Shown: one piece after another, positions 1 to 10,030 of the stretch
Numbering within the stretch: the stretch's first letter is position 1
Layout: every line of letters begins with the position of its first letter
NCBI RefSeq assembly: GCF_963921235.1
Contig: NC_086104.1
Coordinates: 91,202,001 to 91,266,000 of the forward strand
DNA length: 64,000 nucleotides
Direction of reading: 5' to 3'
Source: Mobula hypostoma
Taxonomy: Eukaryota
The notes under the pieces: generated by a model
Database searches by the model: none
Seen by the model: the letters and a program-made list of their open reading frames with translations, nothing else
Told to the model about the DNA's origin: nothing
Made by a program: the position numbers and the translations under genes

Positions 1-617
1 GAGGTACTGCCTCTCCTTATACCCATTCAAGTGTTTCTTAAATAATACTATTGTATCTGCCTCCACCCCTTCCTCTGGTAACTTGCCCCAAACACTCAGC
101 ACTATCTGTAAAAAGAAAAATTCCCCCTCAGTTCCCTTTTAAATCTTTTTCCTCTCACCCTAAATCCATAGTTTTGTGTCCCCTGCCATGGGGGAAAAGA
201 CTTTTGCTATCCAGCTTATCTATGCCTCTCGTATTTAAGCATTGCCCCTCGTTCTCCTATGATCCACAGAGCCTGGCCAACCTCCCCTATAACTCAGGCC
301 CTCTGGCCCTGGCAGCATCCTTGTAAATCTTTTCTTCACTCTTTCCTGTTTAACCACATCTTTCCTATGACAGCATTACCAAAATATTACACACCACTCC
401 AAATATGAACTCATCAACGCCTGAAACAACTGCAACGTAACGTACCAATTCTACTCAATGCCCTGAGTGATGAAGCCCAGCGTGCTAAAAGCCTTTTTAA
501 CAAACCTGGCTACCTGTGAAATAGCCTTCACTGCACCTGTACTCCTCAGTGCCTCTGGTCCCTCTACTCCATTACACTCCCTAGTGTCCTACCATTCATA
601 GTACAAGCCCTGCATTG
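1..617 (-). mobile_element. Old CR1-type LINE 3' fragment
   Basis: Similar by eye to the other CR1 3' regions in the window (ggcagcatccttgtaaatct, ccactccaaat... segments); degenerate. Confidence 0.7.
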
Positions 618-619
618 TA

Positions 620-2555
620 TAAGTCATTACAGATTTTATTAAAACAGCTGTGGTTAAGTGTGTCCCCACAAAATCGTTCGGGGTTTTCCCCGATCAGAAG
701 CCCTGGCTGAACAATGAAATGTGGAACCTGCTGAAAGTCAGATCAGAGGCATTCAAGTCTGAAGATCAAGAATGCTACAAGAGGTGCAGGTATGATCTCT
801 GGACCAGATGAGAATCAACGATGGTGGCTCGATGGCTGTGGCAGGGTTTGAATGCCATAACCTCCTACAAGATAAATCTTGTGACACAGGGGACAGCAGA
901 GCTTCACTTCCAGATGAGCTCAATACCTTCTGTGCTCGCTTTGACTACCAGAACAGGGAGGAACCATTGCGCACCCCCATGTCTCCCGATGATCCTTTGG
1001 TCTCAGTACCTGAGGATGATGTGCAGGCTGCCTTCAAGAGAGTGAATCCAAGGAAAGCACCTGGTCCAGATGGAGTACCTGGCTGAGTACTGAAGACCGC
1101 TATCTTCAACCTCTCGCTCTGACAGTGTGTAGTACCCATCTGCTTCGAACAGGCTTCAACCCAAGAAAAACACGGTAACCTGTCTCAGTGCCGATCACCC
1201 AGTGGCACTTACATCGATAGTGATGAAGTGTTTGTTTTGAGAGGCTGGTGTTGAAGCTTATCAGCTCCTCACTGAATGGCGACTTGGATCCGCTCCAATT
1301 CGCCTCCTGAAGCAACAGGTCTGCAGCAGATGCCATCTCATTGGCTCTTCACACACCCCTAGAACATCTGGGCAGCAAAGATGCACACATCAGGATGCTC
1401 TTTATCGATTACAGCTCGGCATTTAACGCCAACATCCCCTCAAAACTAAATAGTAAACTCCAAGACCTGGGCCTCAATACCCCCTTATGCAATTGGATCC
1501 TGGATTTCCTCACTTGTAAACTCCAGTCAGTTCGGATTGGCAAGAACATCTCCTCCACAATCTCCATCAGCACAGGAGCACCACAGGGATGCGTACTTAG
1601 CCCCTGCTCTAATTGCCTTACACCTGTGACTGTGTGACTAAATACAGCTCCAACACCATATACAAGTTTGCTGATGACACCACTGTTTCAGGCTGCATCA
1701 AAGGGAGTGATGAATCAACATACAGGAGGGAGATTGAAAACTTGGCTGAGTGGTGTAATAACAACAACCTCTCACTCAATATCAGTAAGACCAAGGAACT
1801 GATTTGTAGACTTCAGGAGAGGGAAGTCAGAGGTCCATGAGCCAGTAATCATCAGAGGTGAAGAGGGTCAGTAACTTTAAATTCCTGGGCTATCATTATC
1901 TCTGAGGACCTGTCCTGGACCCATCATATAAATATAATTGCAAAGAAAGCACAACAGCGCCTCTACTTCCTCAGGGGTCTGTGGCGATTCGGCAAGTCAT
2001 CGAAAACCTTGGCAAACTTCTATAGCTGTGCGGTGGAAAGTGGCTGCATTACGGCCTGGTATGGCAACAGCAATGCCTTTGAGTGGAAAATCCTACAAAA
2101 GGTAGTGGATTTGGCCCAGTACATCACAGGTAAGACCCTCCCAACCACTGAGGACATCTACATGAAACGTTGCTGTGGAAAACCAGCATCCATCATCAAA
2201 GATCCTCACCACCCAGGCCCTTTTCTCATTGCTGCCATCAGTTAGAAAGTACAAGGACTCACACCACCTGGTTCGAGAACAGTTACTACCTCTCAACCAT
2301 CAGGCTCTTGAAAAAAAGGGGATAACTACACTCACTTAAGGACTTTTTTATCTTGTTATTTCATGCTCGTCATTTATTGGTATTTATTTGTTATCTGCAT
2401 TTACACTGTTTATTGTCCAGTTCATTGATCCTGTTTACAGTTACTATTCTATAGATTTGCTAACTATGCCTGCAGGAAAAAAAATCTCTGGGTTGTATGT
2501 GTTGACATGAATGTACTCTGATAATAAATTTTACTTTGAACTTTTGAACTTTACT
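620..2555 (+). mobile_element. Rex1/Babar-type LINE, 5'-truncated, frameshifted RT
   Basis: ORF pieces with [31 protein letters not shown] and YKFADDTT. The 3' UTR ends in AATAAA followed by a (TTTGAAC)n-like tail at about 2523-2555. Confidence 0.88.
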
Positions 2556-2982
2556 TTGGTTATTAGGGTTTCTATAATACAGCCCATGAGAATGATTTGT
2601 TTCTAGGTTCTACCCATATGGCCTCCCTTATCACTTCCTCACATACTTGTGCCTCTTTCATCCATGTAGCGTCCTGGGATGAGTTTCTTTTTAGGGGTGG
2701 ACTGGCAACTCATGGGGAATCCTTGTACTCCAATGTACAAGAGGTATGTGGTTCAGGATGGTTATTGAAACTTTCCTGGCTCTTTCATTGAATTCTATTC
2801 CACTTTCAATTATGTGAAAGCCAGAATGCTTTTTATTTTAAAATATAATTTAGAAATATAGTGATGCACTCAAGCGACACTTTTTCATTGTCAAAGACAA
2901 GCATTGTAAAGAAAGGAAGTTTGAAATGGAAGCAGTTAATACTGGAAATTGTCCACAGCAGACAAATGACAGCTAACATGTC

Positions 2983-3188
2983 ACAACAAGCTGGAGGAGC
3001 TCAGCAGGTCGGGTAGCATCCGTGGAAATGATCAGTCAACGTTTCAGGCCGGAACCCTTCATCAGGATAAGGGTTCTGGCCCGAAACATTGACTGATCAT
3101 TTCCACAGACGCTGCCCGACCTGTTGAGTTCCTCCAGCTTGTTGTGAGTGTTGCTTTGACCCCAGCATCTGCAGAATATTTTGTGTTT
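2983..3188. mobile_element. Penelope-derived fold-back element with 14-bp target-site duplication
   Basis: Arms 2983-3060 and 3069-3147 are inverted copies. ACAGCTAACATGTC flanks both sides (2969-2982 and 3189-3202). Confidence 0.85.
3033..3067 (-). ncRNA. Minimal hammerhead ribozyme motif (intact core, helix I truncated)
   Basis: Minus strand reads TC-CTGATGA-A-GGG-TTCCGG-CCT-GAAA-CG-TT-GACTG. Confidence 0.55.
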
Positions 3189-3756
3189 ACAGCTAACATG
3201 TCCTGTCTGATAAATTGTGAGCAGGTCTTGCTGTATGAAGGTTGAAGGCTGTGGCGTGCCAATTTCACAATATGACATATTCAGGGGCTGAGACTTTTCT
3301 ACTAATTGATGAAACCCTGGTGGATCTGTTACCTAAATCAATGAGCACTTTTCCCCTCACATCTTACAATATCCTGGTTCATGAAAATGTATCAGTCCCA
3401 GATTTAAAACTAAGTATTGATCTAACACAACAGGTGAGTGTAGAAGAGGAAGTTATGAATGACTACTGGGATTAAAGGGCTAGGAAATGATCAAAGATGC
3501 TTGGTGTGTCTTCATTGGAGTTTGGGGGATCATGCTGAGATGTAGGAGGCTGGGAAGCAGATGGATCAGATGAACAGTGATGTTTCAGCAAGTGCCTGAG
3601 ATTTAGAGTTAGAGTTTCATGGTAGTGGATCACTGATGTAGGATTGGGATGGAAATTTTTGTTACCCAATGGTCCTTTGGAAGTTCCTGTCTCAAGGTGG
3701 AAGGCTGTACTTTATAGATTTTTAAATTCCTAAACTCTATCAAGTCTATTAAGGAA

Positions 3757-4001
3757 ACCTGAGGGGGAGCTTTTTCTCTCATAGGGCGGGGAAAATGTGA
3801 AATGAGCTGCCAGCAGAAGTTGTGGGTGCAAGTTCGATTTTGACGTTTAAGAGAAATTTAGATAAGTACGTGGACGGGGGTATGGAGAGTTATGATCCAG
3901 GTGCGGGACGATGGGACAAGATAGAATAACAGCTTGGCATGGTCAGGATGGACTGAGGGGCTTGTTTCTGTGCTGTACTGCTCTATGACTCTATGACTCT
4001 A
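3757..4001 (+). mobile_element. CR1 3' end
   Basis: CR1 C-terminal region and 3' UTR, ending in a (CTATGACT)n tail. Confidence 0.75.
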
Positions 4002-4290
4002 TCCTAAGGGGATTAGGGCATTTGGAAGAGCAGGTAAGGAAGGTAAGACCCTGAGGCACAGATCGGCCATTAGTGACACAACAGGCTTGTAGGGATGGGC
4101 TTACACCTGCTTCTATTTCTTATGTCCTAAGAAACATGCCAAACTTCTGGAATTGTTTCCCAAAGACATTCCCAGAAGCCTGTCTGCAGATTTTAGACCA
4201 TGACCAAGCAGAAAGAGTTTCTAACTGTCCAGCTTCCCAGTTTCCCTTAATGCCTTGAGAAGCACCCAGGAGAAAACCAGGCTTCTCTGC

Positions 4291-4426
4291 CAACTCCACA
4301 GAGGGGCCAGTGTTGAGCCAGTGCCACTGGCAGCTTGTGTCAACTCCACAGAGGGGCCAGTGTTGAGCCAGTGCCACTGGCAGCTTGTGTCAACTCCACA
4401 GAGGGGCCAGTGTTGTGCCAGTGCCA
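4291..4426. repeat. 50-bp tandem repeat, about 2.7 copies
   Basis: CAACTCCACAGAGGGGCCAGTGTTGAGCCAGTGCCACTGGCAGCTTGTGT starts at 4291 and 4341 (identical copies) and at 4391 (partial). Confidence 0.95.
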
Positions 4427-5782
4427 GTGCTGTACCAGTGCACCACTGTGCTGCTGGAGTTGATGATAGCAAACTGCACACAGGCAGCACCAGAGGTCAG
4501 GATCCAACCTGGCCTCTGGAGTTGCATCGCCATTACAGCTAAATTCAAAGCCCCCCCTAAACATAGTGAATGTTGTAACAACTAATGTCACCTTAAAGCC
4601 CACTGATCTAACTGTAACTGTTTATGTTGAAGACTTGACCATGAAGCTCACCACTTAGCTTTTCCAGAGCTGGGAGGCAGACCCCTCCAGCACTTGCTTT
4701 CCCACTCGCTATGCTGTGAATTTCTGCTTTTAATTTTTTTTTGCTGCAAAATAAAGATTCTTCCTTCTTGGCTCCAAGCTGAGCCCTTTCCAACTCCACC
4801 TGTCACATAGGCTGTGCCAGCCTTTTGTTATGGGTCCACTCTGGGTTCTTCCCCACACCCTCTCTTACCGATTTTGATACACCCTGCTTTTTCACCTCAC
4901 TCCCGTTCCTTAATCTGCAACGTTTCATTCAGTCGCACACTTCAGCCCCCTCCCTCACATCTGTGTTGTATCCAATCTTGTAAAGTTAAAATATCAAAAC
5001 TAGCTTTGCAGGTGTTAGAAATCTGAAATGAAGGAAAGAGAAAATGCTGGAAAGACTTCACAGATCAGGCGGCATCTGTGAAGGGAAACGTTAACTATAT
5101 TTCCCTTGCATTAAGTGCAGTTCATTTGAATTTTTTTCTTTTTTTTGGTGATACAGCTAGCCAGGCTGCTTCCTCACAGTGCCAGTGAACAGGGGTTCAA
5201 TTTGTGGTCGGTGGTTGCTCTGGATTCGATGGGAGGGTCTGTTTCTGTGTTGAATCCTGGCTGACATCCTCAGAGGCTCCGGGGCCAAGGCAGTGCATGG
5301 GGTGAAACAAGAAATCACCTGTAATCTCACTAAAGGTCAGTCTGACCGCCTGCTGTCCCTATTGCACAATGACAGTTCTCGACCGGCTCACTTGTCTGTA
5401 TCAAACAGTTTAAAGCCTCAGCTGTACTTCTGAGTATGGGCTCTGTGATTGATAGGGTCAAAGGAGAGAGATGTCTTGTTCAGAGGTACATAAAATATGC
5501 GTCTCCTGCCTGCATTTTCTCTATAATTTTCTCTGCTGAGAAAGTGTTATTAATACTGCAACCAATAATCTGGGTACTAATGCATGAATGACAGTATCCT
5601 CTTCTTGATAATTAGGATCTGGACTCAAACCATCCCATTCACCTTTGCCTCAGTGCTCACTGTCCTCCATTAACTCCCAGTAGCAGAAGGCCTCCATTTG
5701 AAAATTCCCTTTTTTCTCTTCACATCCCATTGAGACTTCCTCCCCCAGACCTATGACCCTCTGAGATCTCTAATCTGAAGTG

Positions 5783-5995
5783 AAAACAAAGAGCTGGAAA
5801 CACTCAGCAGATTAGGACCATCTGTGTAGAAAGAAACAAAGATGTGAGTTCATCAGAACTCTGTTTCCAGTTCTAATAAAGAACCTCTGACCTAAAATAT
5901 CAACTGTGCTTCTTGCTCCACAGATGTTGCCTGATTTCCTGAGTATTTCTGGTGTTTTCTATATTTACTTCAGATTTACAGCCTCTGTGGAGTTT
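5783..5995. mobile_element. Older Penelope-derived fold-back element
   Basis: Inverted arms (ctggaaacactcagcag / cctgagtatttctgg) with degenerate hammerhead segments at the centre. Confidence 0.65.
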
Positions 5996-6170
5996 GCCTC
6001 CACACTATCTTTCATCTTCTACTTCTGGACTCTAGCACGACCCTGATTAATAGCCAAACCTTCACCAATATGTGCCCTATATCTTTAATTCCCTCTAGTC
6101 CTCCATGGCTATTGCTCCTTTATAAAACTCCATAAACCCCATATGTTTAAGACAGCTCTTGATTAGTTTG

Positions 6171-6441
6171 GTCGGCTGGTGGCACATTGACATCAGTGCC
6201 GGACTCCGGAACGGGGTTTCCCGGTTTTGAATCCAGTCGGGCCGCTCCCGAGTACGCTTTCCATCCATGCCGGATTGAGTGTTGAGCTCGCAACTCGACC
6301 TCGTAAGATAAAGAAAAAGACTGCGATATGTCTGTGTGAGGAGTGGCGCCCCATACGGCCTTCCGATCCGCGCCTTGTAAGGCATGAAAATGCCCGACAC
6401 TGGCCTGTCAGGCCTGAGTCGACGTCATCATCATCATCATC
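6171..6441 (+). mobile_element. tRNA-Arg-derived SINE, copy A, (ATC)n tail
   Basis: A box TGGCACATTGA, B-box-like GGTTTTGAATCC; central domain shared with the copies at 16945 and 31331. Confidence 0.8.
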
Positions 6442-8364
6442 CTCTTGATCGGCTATCCTCATGGCCCAGACTCGGCAGTGGCAATGCCAACATTCCCCAG
6501 GTAACCATGGACAACTTTGGGATAAGTACAACAATTTCTGCCAGGGATTCGCTGTAATAATCCTCAGATTATTCAATGTTTTCGGCCAACAGTAGGGGGA
6601 GAAGAATACATGATGTTGTCATAGATTATTTTAAGTAGTTGTGGGATTCATTGGTTAATATTGCAAATGAATCAGAATCAGGTTTATTATCATTGAAATA
6701 TGTGATGAAATATATTGTTTTATGGCAGCTGTACAGTACAAGACATAAAATTACAATAAATTACAAAAAAATAAGTAAATAATACCAAGAGGCAGTGCTC
6801 ATAGGTTCATGGTCAGTTCAGAAGCTGTTCCCCTAGAAATTGTTCATAAAATTTTGAGTGTGGGTCTTCAGCCTCCTATGCATCCTCGCTGATGGTAGTA
6901 ATGAGGAGAAGGTGTGTGTGTGAATGATGAAGGTCTATAATGATGGATGACACCTTCCTGAGACACTGCCTCTTGAAAATGTCCTCAGCGGTTCGGAAGT
7001 TCACGCCCATGATGGAGCTAATGAGTCTACGACACTTTCAGCCTCTTGCAATCCTGTGCATTGAAGCCTCCATTCCAGGTTGTGAGCAACCAGTCAGGAA
7101 GCTCTCCAATGGACATCTGTAGAAACTGCAAGAGCCTTTGGTGACGCACAAAATCTCCTCGAACTCCTAATGAAGCAGTGATGCTGGTGTGCCTTCTTCA
7201 TGACTTATTCAATGCGTTGGGCCCATCTGACATGTTGATGACTAGGAATTTGGAGCTGCTCACCTTCTACTGCTGACCCCTCAGTGAAGACTGATGTGTG
7301 TTCTCCTGCCTTCTCCTTCTTGAAGTCTGTGATTAGCTCCATAAGTTCATAAGACATAGCAGCAAAAATTGGCCATTTGGTCCTCTGAGCCTGCTCTGCC
7401 GTATGGCTGAATTATTTTCCCTCTCAACCCTATTCTCCCATCTTCTCCCTATAACCTTTGATGTCCTTACTAATCAAGAACATACCAAATTCCATTTTAA
7501 ATATACCTAGTGACTTGTGTATATTTGTTTGTGGCAATGAATTCCACAGATTCATCACCTAGCCGAAGAAATTCTTCCTCAGCTCTGTTCTAAAGCAACA
7601 CCCTTCTATTCTGAGCCTCTGCCCTCGGTTCTAGACTCACCCATTATTAAAAACATCCTCCCCACCTTCACTCTAACTAGGACTTTCAATATTTGGGCGC
7701 TTTTAATTAAAATCACTCCCCCTCCCCTGATTCTTTTAAACTCCAGTGAATACAGGCCCAGGGCCATCAAATGCTCCTCACAAGTTAACCCTTTCATTCC
7801 TGGGATAATTCTTGTAAAACTCTGCTGGACTCTCTGCAATGCCAGCACATCCTTTATATATAGGGCCCAAAACTGCTCACAACACTCCAGATTTGATCTG
7901 ACCAATGCCTTATAAAGCCTCAGCATCCTATTCTTTCTTTTATATTGTAGTCTTCTCAAAATGAATGCTGACATTTCATTTGCCTTCCTTGCTACCAACT
8001 CAACCTGCGAGTTAACCTTTAGGGAATCCTGCACTATAACCCCCAGGTCCTTTTGTAACTCTGACTTCCAAATTCACTCCCTTTTTAGAAATAGCCTACA
8101 GCGTTATTTCTTCTACCAAAGTACATAACCATACACTTCCCTATATTGTATTCCATCTGCCACTTCTTTGTCCATTCTCCTAATCTGTGCAAGTCCTTCT
8201 GCAGACCAGCTTCTTCCTCAATACTACTTGCCCCTCCACCTGTCTTTGTGTCTTCCACAAACTTGGCTAGAAAGCTATCAATTCCATCACCCAGATCATT
8301 AACATATAACATCATATGCATATAATGTTAACATTATGCATTGCATATTGCATTTTATTATTTT

Positions 8365-8367
<3 letters not shown>

Positions 8368-8423
<56 letters not shown>

Positions 8424-8439
8424 ACACACACACACACAC
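8368..8439. repeat. (CA)n microsatellite
   Basis: About 36 CA units with one TA interruption. Confidence 0.98.
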
Positions 8440-8489
8440 GAAGCATGTTATTATGCAAAATGCATACAACATACAACATTGGCAGATAG

Positions 8490-8769
8490 ATGCCACAGTA
8501 GCATAGTGGTTAGCATAACACTATTGCAGCTTGGGGGCATCAATATTGACATCCTCTGTAAGGAAGTTTACACATTCCTTCCCATGTGCACATGGATTTC
8601 CTCCAGCTACTCTGGTTTAATCAAAGGTGTACCGGTTAGTAGGTTAACTGGTCACTGTAAAGTTGTCCTGTGATTAGGGTAGGGTTAAATTGGTGGGTTG
8701 CCTTGCAGTGTGGCTCGAGGGCTGGAAAGGACTGTTTCATGCTCTATCTCAAAACAAACAAATGAATAA
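8490..8769 (+). mobile_element. Degenerate V-SINE/HE1-like SINE
   Basis: tRNA-like head (gtagcatagtggttagc), V-domain-like ggatttcctccagctactctggttt and ggttaactggtcactgtaa, A-rich tail. Confidence 0.65.
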
Positions 8770-8878
8770 ACGTGAAAAGTGGCCATCCCAACACCAAACC
8801 CTACAGAACACCTCTAGTCAGTGGCAGTGAAGCAGAAAAGGTCCCTTTTATTGCCACTCATTGCCTTCTGCCAGTCAG

Positions 8879-9246
8879 ACAGAACTGGATGTTCCCTGTG
8901 GAGATTGGCTGCAGAGGTTTCCCAGCCAAATCAGCACGGCGGTTGTTGTCAGATCTGGGCCTGGATGAAAGGAGCAAAAAATAAGCAGCTCGTAGGATGG
9001 GGGAAGAGGCAGAACGAGCCTCTTGTTGGATTTGGAGTAGGCTAGCGGAGGGAAGCTGGAAGCCAGGAGCAGATGGGCAGTGATTTGGCCATCACTGCCA
9101 GCCCACTAACTGCAGAGTGTCGTGGTTAAGGGTTGAAACACTTGGTGAAGGTTGGGAACCACCTGATGACATCTGCTCCTGGCTGAAGGCTACGGTTACC
9201 TTATAAGGTAACTGGGGAATGCACCCTAACAGGTGTATGTAACAAG
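8879..9246 (+). mobile_element. 3' end of an RLE-type non-LTR retrotransposon (HERO-like)
   Basis: Translation WMFPVEIGCRGFPAKSARRLLSDLGL..*..EEAERASCWIW..; the PVE.GCRGF motif is typical of the C-terminus after the restriction-like endonuclease. A structured 3' UTR follows. Confidence 0.75.
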
Positions 9247-9612
9247 CCATGGGCTCTTATCTTGTTCCGCAGCCACACAACCAGCACCTTGTCACTGACT
9301 CTCCTTTGTCTATCTTGGCTGTTACTGCAAAGAATTCGAACAGATTTATCAGGCGAGATTTCCCCTTAAGGAAGCCATGCTGACTTTGGCTTATGTTATC
9401 ATGTGGCTCCAGGTATCCCAAAACATCATCCTTAATAATGAACTCCAACATCTTTCCAACCACTGAAGTCAAGCTAACTGGCTATAACTTCCTGTCTTTT
9501 ACCTCTCTCCCTTCTTAAAGAATGGAATGAATTCTGCAATTTTGCAGTCCTCCAGAACCATTCCAGAATCTTGCGTTTCTTGAAAGTCACTACTAATTTC
9601 TCCCCATTCTCC

Positions 9613-10030
9613 TTGAATTGAGTTGAATTGAATTGAATTGACTTTATTACTTACATCCGTCATATACATGAGGAGTAAAAATCTTCACGTTATGTCTCTA
9701 AATGTGTAATGTGCAATTATAGTAATTTCTAATAAATATTATGTACAACAGGATAGTCAATATAACATAGAAATACAGTTGTGTCAGCATGAGTTAAGCA
9801 GTCTGATGGGCTGGTGGAAGAAGTTCCCCCAGAGCCTGTTGCTCCTGGCTTTTATGCTGTGGTACTTTCCCGGATGGTAGCAGCTGAAACAGTTTATAGC
9901 TGGGGTGACTTGGGTCTCCAATAATCCTTCGGGCCCTTTTTACACACCTATCTTTGTAAATGTCTTGAATAGTGGGAAGTTCATATCTACAGATGCGCTG
10001 GACTGTCCGCACCGGTCCCTGGAGCAGTCT
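9613..10030 (-). mobile_element. Rex1/Babar-type LINE 3' end nested in CR1
   Basis: ORF 9794-10012 (LPTIQDIY..RC..RARRII.DPSHP..LF.LLPSG) and an (AATTG)n tail on the plus strand. Confidence 0.8.

Noticed and set aside
4291-4426. CRISPR-like array or CTCF array
   Set aside because: Units are contiguous with no unique spacers and the context is eukaryotic. CCACAGAGGGGCC matches the CTCF core only with a gap or mismatches.
8299-8673. ORFs with CV/TH repeats
   Set aside because: Translation of the (CA)n microsatellite.
9131-9184. Canonical type-II hammerhead in the HERO-like 3' UTR
   Set aside because: GAAAC and CTGATGA are present, but helix I and helix II do not pair in register around the core.
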